NCBI GenBank assembly: GCA_051294905.1
Contig: CM119371.1
Span: 36,210,001-36,274,000, forward strand
Length of the DNA: 64,000 bases
Reading direction: 5' to 3'
From: Botryllus schlosseri
Lineage: Eukaryota
The position numbers and the translations under genes were made by a program. Positions within the stretch are counted from its first letter, which is position 1, and each line of letters opens with the position of its first letter. Shown one piece after another: positions 38,985-51,700 of this stretch. Below the pieces are notes generated by a model. The model was given only the letters and a program-made list of their open reading frames with translations, had not been told where the DNA came from and ran no database searches.

Positions 38985-39460
38985 TTTATATGTGATCTTG
39001 CAGTATCAGCTGCGCCATATTTTAGATTTATGAATTCGTCGATATCCAGTATTTAGGGTCAGAGAAATTTTAGAGTTTATACTATTCCGAGACTGAATAG
39101 CTATCACTCTTTTGTGTAATGTTTCAATTTTGGCGCACCGTATTTGAGATCCAAAATTTATTGACAGCAAAGCCAAAAATTGTGAGGGTCCGAAAATTTT
39201 GAAAGCCTCAACTATTGCTAGAACGAATAATTACCACATTTTTGTGTTATGTTGCAATTTTAGCAACGCCTTGATTGAGATTCAGAATTTCTCGATAGCA
39301 AAGTGAAAATTAATAAGATTCAGAAAATTTTGGAAACACTGACTAATTAACTCTTTTTTTGTGCTATGATATAATTTCTGCAACTGCGTATTGGAGAATC
39401 AAAATTTAATGTTAGTGGAGTCTAAAATAGTAAGTGCCAGCTAATTTCGGAGGCTGTATT
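38985..39460. repeat. Diverged ~120-130 bp tandem repeat (3-4 units)
   Basis: Units beginning TTTTGTGT.ATG.T.CAATTT at ~39111, ~39240 and ~39357 share TTGAGAT.C.AAATTT and GAAAATTTTG. A weaker unit starts near 38985. Confidence 0.65.
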
Positions 39461-39776
39461 TTATCAAGAATGAATGAATATTCTAAACATATACCAATGC
39501 CGTATATGTGATTCCAAAATTCTTTTCATCGAACTGGAAATAGGTTGCACTGCGCCTTACATGAATTGTTTTCTGTTGCATATTACAGTTTGTTTTGCCA
39601 TTCCCTAATCTACCATGTATAGGATTGTTTGTAAACCGGAACAGCGTGAAGGTGAATATCATTCAGCGCTGCAATGTTGCTGCGCACTTACAAAAGGACT
39701 TATTCGACGCTGTAGCCCGGCGTTTTATCGGAGATTTCGTCCCTGGGAAAGATGCGGATATCGGCGAAGTGCCGGG

Positions 39777-42700
39777 ATGAAATCCACACTATTCTGTATC
39801 AAAATCTTCAAACTTTTGACGCTATTAAGCGTAGCGAATGTAACGTATGCTGCAAGGTCAAGTTTAGGACAACTCGTGGTCGGTAAGTAAAGACTCCTGA
39901 TAAGTTAGGTAGTGGTGAGACCTTTAGTACTGCGGGTGGTACTACCTTCAACATGATCATTGGTCGAGTTGTAGTTTATGCCGAACTAAATGGCGCGAAT
40001 GCGCCACATAAACTTGAGGCATTCGTGCGATTCAATTTCAAACTTCAATGATGACTTTTGTGACACGGTGACGAGTCTTGACGTGTTTACTTTGCTGCAA
40101 ATTTAGATGACATTACTCTTGTCCGTCCATCGCCAGAATAAGTGTCTATGGCATGCATGAGGGTATCGGTCCGTGTGTCAGAGAAAACTTTCTCTTGCCA
40201 ACGAAATGGATTTATAATTTAACCGGAATTATGGTCAGTAAATAAGTAATTTTATAATATTCGAAGTACTTTGCTTTCTTCAACCACTTATTCATGGGAC
40301 CACGATCTTGGTCTATTTCCAATTAACAGTATTCAGTTTTTAGGAAAAAGTACACCTAGAATACATTGCCTTTTTTAAGTAGGCCTGCATGGAAACTGCT
40401 AGTTCCCTTATACTTGGGTACAATGTTACCGCGTTACTTCTATTTCTACTGAACTACCAACGATAACTATTTTGACCATTTAGGAATTTTAACTTCTAGC
40501 CTGGTATGTTTCAGCTAAGCTCAACTGGGCCGATAGAAAGGTATACCGAAACACAAAAAACTTTCAAACACGCATGTCCCGACTTTGCACATGAATATAT
40601 TTTCGACACAATTTTCAGGAACGCGAAATAATATTGGGTATTTAACGAAAAGGGGGTGGTAATTTTTTTTAAAAAGGAGAATGCTTCAGAAAAATGATGT
40701 TTCAAGTTCTAACCAGTCACCGTCACCGTCTCTAATTTTCCATTAGGTGATTGACCTTATTAACTACTAGAACATCCAATATATTCATGTCTGTCTCGCT
40801 AATCAAAAACGTTGCACATTCCTTCATTATGCTATAGTTATTTTTAAAATTTATAAAATAGGGTTTGTCCGATATTTCGTCAATGGTAGTGATAATGTTA
40901 GCGTCCTCTACGCGAAACTCTCGAAACGGGACACAATACCCGCGCAGGAAGGATAAATAGCAAACTATTTAAGAATTTGTTCACGAAAGCACAAATATTA
41001 TCGCAGGAATATTGACAAACAGAAGAGTTTAAACAAGTTTAATTCGTCATCAGAGAACGCCCTGTTCAAATATTGATTCGGGTTTTACAAATGTCCAATT
41101 TACTGTTTGCATGCGGGACTGGCAAATTGCGGAAACCGAAAGGCCGTGTGACTATTGCGTGGCCTGGGATCGTGGTCTGGATACTCGTGATTATCAACGC
41201 CACCACAGATCTGATAGATACTTCGAAGGCCTTGGAAAATAACGGCTTGCCTTTGTAATCATAACTTATAGTAATAATGTTCAAAGCACCGTCTTGAGCG
41301 TCATATGTTATTGGGCGTTTCAACTGAAGGAAGCATATAAATACTCTACACATCATCCTGTATGGATTCCAAGCGTTATGTCGTGATGAATAAAATGTCA
41401 AGATCGAATGGTGATGTGCACAGAAAAGTCAAAGTGGTCAATATTGCTACTCTATTACGAGTTGAAGTGGCGATATTCAATATGTGTCAGAGCTACTTCA
41501 AGTAGAAGTTGAATTCCGGGGAATATGTTCCGTTACCAGGATACAGGGGTCATTTCACGCGGTTTTTACCACAATTTCACTCGTAACAGCGTTACCAAAT
41601 CACCGCAAAATGTCCTTTACTTTCAGACTCCTAATTGGAAATCATAACTTTGTTTGTTTGATAGTCATTGTGTTTCGACTTCATTGGGCATTTTACACTA
41701 GGCCGATATTATTTATTTTTACCAACTTGTAGCGCGGCCTACTTCTAGGCTTTTTGAACACGCCGCTTACGCGGATCACGTGACGAGCAGGAGACTAGAT
41801 AGATATAAGTAGTTTTGCATAGAAACTGTTTAGGTATAAATAGTCTTGAGAGTGCAAGTCGGCAAACATACTCGAGTACTCCGAAGAAGTAGAAGTACTC
41901 CGTTACTGATCACCTGCGCATGAATACATTCGCGGAATATTTTCCCGTCCCGAATCCATTGCGATTATACGATAATACCTTTTCGTACTATAAATGATTG
42001 CAAAATGTTTCACTTACAAGTGAGACATAGCCAATAAGTACTACAATGCCTAATGTTAGATCATGCTTATCGTTAAATTCATATTATAAGTGACTTGAAC
42101 TGTCGTTAGAAACTGCCCAAACTGTTACAGCCCTTTCATAACCCGAATTTGAAAAGTCACACAACTACTTAGGGCCATAATATTGATTCTATTTACTCAG
42201 GCGAAGATACTAACTGTGAGAACGAAGGGGAGATCGTTCGAGTCGATTTTTTGACGGACAACTCTTGCTTCAAATGTATTTGCAAGGTAAGAAAATATGA
42301 ATGGACGGTTGGACAGGAGTCAATTTACAATGCCTCACGGCTTTAGAAATCCGAGTCATACCTATCGCCTTCACGCACACTAGCCGTTACTATGGCATGG
42401 CGGTATAGAAATCCTGTACTCGAAACCGTTGAAATTGTCAAATACCGCCGTATTTTGGGTCGTATCCGCAACCTCGCTTCTTTGATTTGACCTGCAAGTC
42501 CGAGTCCCGTTTTCACTCAAAGTACTTTGCTCGGGTGCTTCCGTTGAACTCTACTAGACCACGAGTCGTGCTTGCTAGTTCAATTGGAAGTAGGAAATTT
42601 AGAGTCGGTGACTTGATGATAGCCCTACTTTTACGAAAAAAAACTAAAAGTCAAGTGAATAGTAGTGAATTTTATGAAGGACTTATGAGTTCAAGAGATA

Positions 42701-45700
42701 TAAGGATACCTTTCCTCTGAGACTATTTTAATTCACGCTGTACTCTGGGTTTGTGTCCCGACTCCCACCTTTAATCAGATCCAATCGGTATGCTGTGAGT
42801 TCTCTACTAATGTACATTTCACGTACTTCACAGAGGCGTATGGGCTATCAATAATACAAGATGTACCTGTGATGGTGGCCAGTAAATCTAGCAACAAATC
42901 GACACGGAAGTACTAGTAAAGTGATTTTTCTCCCTAATTTTCGATAAGTCATGTGATGGTGCCTGTTTAGTGTACAATGTACAGTCACGTGCAAATGGAG
43001 TCAGTAACGACGTACTTCTATTCTGTTCGAGCTATGAGCACTCAACTAAGTGTTACCAACTTGCAATGATTAAACCAGGCCTACAATACTTATATTTGTA
43101 CGATGTACATACTAGAAACTCGCCACTTCTACGTGTAATTGAGTAGAAATATACGATTTCTACTAGAGTATCAAAGATGAGTACTTTTATCACCTATGGT
43201 TTGATGTGACAATCTATTTCAAGATAGTACCGGTAGAGGAAAGTTATTTTAAGAGCGAAACTTCGAATTCCCAGGCTACCAGTACTATCTCTGGCTATAT
43301 TGTCTTCAACCGCTCATGGCCTCGTCTCGGCTTCCATTATAGATATCCAGTTTATTTGCCCTGCTGAGCTTAATGTTTACGTAGCTTTTGATAGATATCC
43401 TCCTGAAATCACACCTGCTGCCTCATTAGCACGTTTTAAACGCAACGCTCGAGTAAACACCATTGTTACCGCACATTATCAATAGACTCTGTCGGCACGT
43501 TCCTATGGCGTACGCTTGACCGGCTGTGATTACTACGTCATCGGTCGTGACATTGTGATTGACTGAATCTGGCAGTTCAAGCAAATGTAGAAAGCTACCG
43601 TGTTTACTCGGTACGCAGTTAGTACTGCGTCTAAGCGTCAACACTATGGGTGTGAAAATGACTATTTGAGCGGTGCTAGAAGGATTTGTCAAAAAGGCGC
43701 TTTCAATACCATTTTTGTTAAGCATATATTTGCCGAAACTCCTAACTTGTATTGTAGCACTTGAAAATGTCAATTTGTTCCGCCCGGCGACTTCATTTCA
43801 CGATAATGCGTGAGCAGTTGACCGCATCAGACAACAGGTGATGGATTGACCGTATCTAGAAGTGATCAGCTGGCATCTATCAAAAGATATAAGCATACAA
43901 TTGAATATTATATTTAAATTGAAGTAAACCCTAATATTTTCAGCTGACACTCGTCAGGGGTAATCGTCAGGAAGTAGTTGATAAACCAAAATAGCTTTTT
44001 ACATGACCAATCATACACAGAAAGTTATTTTATATTCTCTCCTATAGTTGCTGACGATTACCCCTGATGACTAATGAGTATCAGTCGAACATATTCGGGT
44101 TTATTTCAATATGAATATATTGGTCAATTGTATTATGAGGTTTTGTACCTCCAATAGTCCCTTCAGGGCTATGAGCATATGCCCATTCGCGCATTTGGTC
44201 CACCTTTTGGTACGGGCGTTCAAAATATTGCGGTTATGTAAACATGTATTGACATAAGCGCTTAGTACCATAACACCAATATTTATGCATACGTGTTCAA
44301 GTAAGAATTTATCAAAAACATCAGCGCATTCCATGACTTCCGATCGCCCGGCGTAAACAACAATAGGGGATGTTATCGATAAAGACTCGAGTAACTATAT
44401 AGCTCTAATCCTATTTTGCAGATGGGCTGTACGTTATCGGTCTATGCAATTGTCTTTGAGTAGTTACTTAGATAATTATGACTTTTCAAGAGAAAACTAA
44501 GTGGTGGTTTCTTTGTTGAGTTAATGGTCGGTAATTTAGCCTAATGTCTTTGCTCGATTGGGCGTACCATCATTAGCGTAAGTTAGTGGTTTCAGAAAGC
44601 CTCTAACCGCGCTTAATTCGATTTGGATATTTGCTTCGCTTCTTCAAAATCCATTGAAGTGGTGATTTGATTAATAAGGCTGTTTGCCGACCAGTATATC
44701 AAGGCACTGCACCACTACTCATTGACTAGACTACAATTTCTATATCATTGGTCATGTGATGTGATATGCGAATAAATGAGAACGTAAAATAAAATACGTC
44801 GCATGATTAATACTACAACTTCCACAGAATGATGAAAAAAAGAAATGCCTAAAATTACATTGATTGTTATCTATTTCGTCAATGATATCGGCTATATATA
44901 CTGAATAATACCAAGCAGTGTGACTGCACAACTATACACTCTTAGTGAAGAAAGTGTGCATTCACACCCGTGCACCACCCCTGACATACGAGTGTGAATA
45001 TACACCATTATTGCACGAAACCAGCAACTACTTCACACTTACACCACGGTATATATGGAACAAAACATTTTAATCTAAATGATGCTTGCGCATAGGGACG
45101 TAGAGAGGTATGCACGTATGCACGTAGAGTTTATAACCGCGAAATAATTCTTAGATATAGACTCTGTTTTCTTGTAACACCTATTGGGTGAGAATATACA
45201 CAATTTTCGGTAAAAGTGTACGGATAAGTTGCTTCTTTCTGAAAAGTGTCACAAACATGGTCCTGTCCATGAAGTTCATATAGTTCAACAATCTAAAGTC
45301 CAACTCAACATGGCTTCCTAATTGAGCGCTGAAAATCACGTACTTACTTGTCTTATGACTAGGGCAAGTTTGCACAACTTTTGCAACTTTTTTACAGTTT
45401 GCGGCAGCTTCCTAAACACTCAAAAGTTATGTAGTATGGTGTTTTAAGCTGTTTGGAGGAATCTAACATCGCAACATTTTGCAACTTTTCTCCATTTTTT
45501 GATGCAACCTTCTGCAACTATTTTTCGATTTTTAATGAAACTATTTGCAGTTTTATTTTCGATCTTTCATGCAACCAACTTTTAACTGTAAATATTTGGC
45601 ACTATATGTAAATAGATCGCTTGATTATTTCACTGTCGTTTAAATCTGAGGTCCTTTCTGATTTCTCGTAGACTACATTCAGGCTAGACCGATTTTCATT

Positions 45701-48700
45701 TGGTCGATGATTTCAGGCTATTGATTTTGTTGAAGGCGCTAACACTGAGTTTTGCTAGAGTGCCTTGAATATTGATCGTTTCGAGTATCTCATACCCTAA
45801 TCATTTCAAGGAACTTGTCCATAAATGCAACTTTTAGTGCAAATTCTGTGACAAATAGATGCTTCATTTTACCGTAACTTTTGTGAAAAATAAGTGCAAC
45901 TTTCCACTGATTTGATTGCAACAAAAACTTGCCCTACTTGTGATGTAATTTACATTGGGCGTTTTGGCATTATTATAGTAACAATTGAGGGCTAACGCTA
46001 GTTTATCATAAAATCCCACCATAAAATTTTCACTGTCGCATTTTTGCTATCCCAGGATTCTGCCCAGTCATAATTGTCCGGGAAACGCTACATTTCCAAT
46101 ACCCCTTCTTTTAAGACGGCCTCTTTAAAATACCGCGATACTTATTTCGAGTGTGCAAGATATAGTCAAGTTCCAGTCATTTGTAAGACCTCGGTTCACT
46201 TTCAAGTCGCCGGGCAGTTGAGCTAAAGCCCGATCTTAATGTGAACGCCACACTTTCGACTTGAGAGGTTTGCAATATGATACGTTACCTTATTCCTAAA
46301 ACAATTTGTCTACGTACATTGGCCAACATGCATTTTGAATCCCTAATTAGCACATCTGGTATATTTATGTATCAAAGAACATGATTTTATTGACGGCAAC
46401 GAAATCGTGACATGTAAAAAAAGTTCACAAACGATTATGCTTCGATTCAATATTATGGCTATCCAGATAGTATTGATGAGCACAAATGAGCGATATTTTA
46501 ATAGAGTTTGTCTAGTATCATATTGGCGAAATCATTTTTGCAATGTTACGGGCTTATTACGTTAATAGCGAGTTGACGATCGTCCAATTTCATGATGAAC
46601 CCGGGCGTACGGAATAAATACATATTCAAAATATGCTTGGCTGACTGTTTGTAGAGGGCTTTCCATTCTGAAAGTGAAGCATTCAAGTATACTTCATTAA
46701 ATTATAACCGTGATGAGTTATGACTCTAATAAATGGGAACTGTACATTTTGTTGCGAAATGTAGTATCTTAATGGTCCATTATAGTTTCATTTTGGACGG
46801 CTGGGCAAACGCTTCAAAGAGCCATGACTGTAAACGGGGTTTCAATTGCTCGGATCAATTCATAGAATTACAGCCATGTTGAGCCATATATACATTTGAT
46901 TTATTGAAGATTAAGGTAAGAGCCATCTATGTCAACAGATAGGCCTGTTCCACTAGCCTTTGTGTGCTATGTCATAGAAAGCTTTGCTCTGGATGCGATG
47001 TAAAAAGACTCATGACTGTATCCCATCTTTGGAATAGTGTAAGTAGATTACTGTGAGTGTTTGCTGGCGTATTTGAGTGGATAGCCGTTTCATGTGCGTA
47101 AAAATATTGTGTACTTTTGATGAACCGCTTGGGCGTTCGTGTTTTGATGCAATATTCTAAATTGGCGATTTGCGTGGAGCTTATATCCTATTATTTGTTA
47201 CTAAACGACACAGTTTACAACATCGTAACTAGTAATTTAGCGATGGATCATTTTCCTCGCCAATTCGGTTATATGATTTGTACAGATATAATTCCGCGCA
47301 TACGTCTGATTCATTGTAAACAAGTATTCACCAAAATACTCAAGGATTATCACCAAGTGGATGGCATGTTATTAATGGATATATTTATCTTATAGAATGC
47401 TCATGTATTGGTAACCATATGATTAAAAGCTATTATGACGAAATCAATTGATAATCTGTTGCTCATATATGCGGATGGATGAAAATATTGTTATCTCGCA
47501 AATAGGAAACCGGGACGTTTGGGCTGTTACGTCACGTTTTCGTGTTGTCCTGAAAAATAAGCGCGTGACTGTGTTATGAGTTGTTAGCTATATTTCAATA
47601 AATTTTCTGTTACTGTGATAATTACATACAGAGAGGTGTGGTTAATGCAGTGGTTCTAAAACTTTACTATAACCTGGCGAACTCTTGCGGTAATGTGTAA
47701 GTCTTTGGCGAACCCTAAACCTTTGGACTAGTCGCAACAATAACAATCTACAACATTATACACCATTACACCACAGTGTTGAAAGAACAAAACCCCGAAC
47801 CAGATTGACGCGCAAATGAAAAAAATATTATAATGAATATGTACATCAAATCAGTATGATTTCTGCCGTATGAATCGGGTGTGTGTCAAGTCAAGGCTCC
47901 CAGCGACCAATGTTTCCTCCAAACTGCGCACGTGCGCAAATGCGCAGTGCTGACAAGGTCTCTGCGCACAGAAAATCGAAGCTGCGCACGGAAAATCCGA
48001 AGTGATGACCTTTTTTTAATCGTTACGCACTGTTGTCCAAGGGTCTGCGCAGTGAGTTCGCGAGTATGCGCAGACTCGTCAAAAATTACAGGGAACATTG
48101 CCAGCGACCCCTTGGTTAGTATATATCCACTCATCATCATCATCATCATCATCATCAGCTAATTTTTTCGAAAGAACTTGACTCCAATCACTTATTGTAA
48201 TCTATTTATGTTCCTTGCAAATTTATTTCGAATCGCCGCCTGCCAAGACGATCGTGTTATGTAGATGCAGTCAAAAATAAAATTATTGAAAGTATGGACA
48301 TGGATAAATTTTACATTACTGGAACATATAGGCTAGTATTCGCTAAACCATTAATAACCAACAAAAACACTATTACGTAAAAACGTAAGAGAGGCATGAA
48401 GGATTCAAGGTATATGCGTCGGATTCGTTCGTATTTGTAAATTGTTGCGCTACCATAGTATGTATTGGGGTTGTTTTGCGTATTTTGATCTTTGAACGTA
48501 GCTACCAAACTATTTTTTCACTAAAGACCTTACAAATCAGCTATAACTCGCCGCAGTCTTGAGCGGAGATTAACCTCCTAAATCCTACTGCGCGAAAGGG
48601 TTCAAATCCAGGGTTATCAGAGCAGTCAATCGGCAACCGATTGAAGGACTCATCGGACCTCCTCGCAATGTTGGTACGAACCGATACACCCCGGCAATTA

Positions 48701-51700
48701 TTCTGTACTAATACGATACAATCGCATTAGGAACACGCTTGGCGCGGAATAAAGCCGTTGCTACGTACTAAGATGTGGTTTAGTCACCGAAAAAGTATGG
48801 CATGTCATTCTTCCGGTAGATTACATTGTGTTTGTTTCCACGCGGAAAAATAGCGGCTGTTAATGCTCAATTTGGTTCGCCCATTAGTCGTATCAAACCC
48901 TCTAGGTGTGCAAACTTAACCCAAAGCTTCGCAGAAACACTCACTCTTGGCGACTTTAAAATATAATTATTAGCCCGAATAAGGAGACCCAGTGAAAATG
49001 TAATTTTCGGCGGTAACGCCTGGGCGTTCGTGAAATGGGAAACTATCTCAAATTTCAACGACAGAATTAATAAAGCAGTCTGTTTACATATTGTTCGGAC
49101 ACGGTCGCGCTTGGCAGGGGTGGTTGAATTTTATGCTTGCAAGCCATTGTGTCGTAGATCACAGTGAGATGCAGCTAACCCATCATATAACACTTTGTTA
49201 TGCAACTAAATGAGAATAGAACCATACTAGGACTAGTTTATAGGATGTTTTTAAATCACTCTTTTACATTTTTACGCAATATTTGATCAAAGTTGCAGTA
49301 ATAATTGGTATGAAATATAGAGAAAAGTTGCAAAAACTTGCCCTACTTATTACAGTTTGGATAAGCGGTATTTTGGGATATTCTTTCATCAATTTCATGA
49401 GTTGTATAGTCATGACAACTGGACGAATGAGTCCCTGTATCATGGTAACTGGACATATTTGGAGTGTCAGTGGTTAATTTGCGTTAGTCCCGAAGATGCG
49501 TCTTCCAATTTTGAAAGTTGCCACCTCAAATTACCTGATAAAAGTGCGCGAACCATCAACCACATATATATCATGGTTGTAATGATTCGAGTCATTTTCT
49601 CAAATTACGGAATATGTTTCGACTCAACTTGAGTCAATCTGTACATCGACTCGACTTGTACTTGAGTCATTGCGCATGACTCGGACCAAGTCACACGACT
49701 CGAGACTCGGGCGGCCAAGACCATCTGTATTTTGTGTATTAGCACTGGTACTTGAAAATGAGACCAGTAACTGTTCAAATTCAGGGAAATTTTTCTATTG
49801 TGAATAATCAGAGTTGTAAAACCTGGGTTTAACAGGACGTTAACTCTAAAATCTACAGTTAACACAAGCTAGACCCCTAGACTAGACCCCTTGCTCGCTT
49901 ACTCGGACTCGGACTTGACTCGGCGGCGCATTGAGAAAAACTCGACTTGACTCGAGTCAATCCTAAAAAAGTGAGATTTACTTGTGAGTCGGAACATTGT
50001 GACTTGGTCGCAACCCGGATATATACTTTTATAAACTATAATGGATTGAGTATTTTAATGTATCTATTTTCTACTGCGATGTAACGTGGATTTAACATGT
50101 TCTAGAAGTTCCAACTAGAAATTTACTTTACGTTACTTGTCTACCTGAGTATCAACGATGTCCACTTTGACCACCTTTAGAATGAAACCTTATTACGTCA
50201 TTCTGTCGTTGTTTGAACGCCAGGAAACTCAAGAATGTCGCCTCTCGTTTGATCGCTTATATTTCCACGCGGAAAAATGGTTGTAAAAATACACAACGTC
50301 TGTCTTGTGAAGTCCGTTGTGACTATACGGCTAAGATATGTTTCAAAATGCGCAGTCTCGTAAAAGCCCGTTGGAGCAAGACGGTTAGTTTATGAAATGT
50401 TGTCAAATCCGCGGATTTGGTTCGGACGCGCGGCGCCAAATACGCGACGATATTTAGTCCGGATCAATCATTGCGTCTCTTGTCGCGACAATACGATAAC
50501 AAACAAAGGCTGTAGTTTACGAGCGCGCAGCGATCCCCAAATTCGAACGGAAAATATTCCGTTCATGACTGAAATTCACGAAACGGATGACATTCCAAAT
50601 TTTTAGGGGTTCCATTTTGCGTCAAGCCTGCCCCAAATTTATACGCTGCGGTTAGGTGTGGTGGCGAGGAGCACTTACACTATGGACTTTTTGGGTGATT
50701 GCAGGGACATGTTGAAACTATTTCAAGTTTAGAAGTATTCAAGTCAGCAGTTTGAAAAAGTAGATTTGGTCGAGGGTTTGCATGCCTTTCCAAGTTAATC
50801 GGAGGTCACTACTTTCGAAATTGCGTGTTACATCTACAAATAGGTATAATCTTAGATTCAATTTCCGAAAATACAGTCAGTTATGGTGGTATGGGGCAAT
50901 TTCCCTCTAAGCTGCGCGCGTGCGCAATTGCGCAGTGCTGACACGGTCTCTGCGCCCAGAAAATCGAAGCTGTGCACAAGAAAGCGGAGGTGATGACCTT
51001 TTTTAGTCGTTACGCACTGTTGTCCAAGGGATCGCGCAGTGAGCTGGGGATTGCGCGCAGACTCATGAAAAATTAGAGGGAACATAGGTACGGGTGCTAT
51101 TTCGCCCTTTTGATGTGACAATTTCACTCGCCACATTCCACTTTCCACCCACCACTTTGTACTTTAAAGGTCAACTGCATCTTAAAAATGACTTTGCCTT
51201 ATATCGTACGTTATGTGGTTAGGAATATGAATAAAATAATAAAAATTGGAATTACATGATAGTTTTCAAGTAATTTAAATTATAAATCGAAAAGCTGAAA
51301 AACGGATATGAAATCATTCAGCTATGAAATGACGTCATGTGAGTGACACGGCTAAAGTCCTGGTATAGCTCAGTATGGTAAACAGATAGTTATTTTATTA
51401 GTGTTGGGATTGATTTTGATACTGGATTTGATTGTGAATATGGAAGGTATGAAGAAGATGAGGCACGAAGGTACATCTCGTGTCGCGTGTGGTTGCTCGA
51501 ATACGCGATATTCGGTACCCAAAGTGTCTTTTCATCGCTGTCCAAACCCTATTGCTGGAGAGGATTATGAAGACTGTGAAAGTGATATCCAATCCCTGTC
51601 AACTGATGATAGCTTCCACCCAACAGAGTTAGATGGCGAGTCAGAGTGAGTACTTGAACAATGTAATCATATTTGTACCAAGTCTTCACCAAGATATTGA

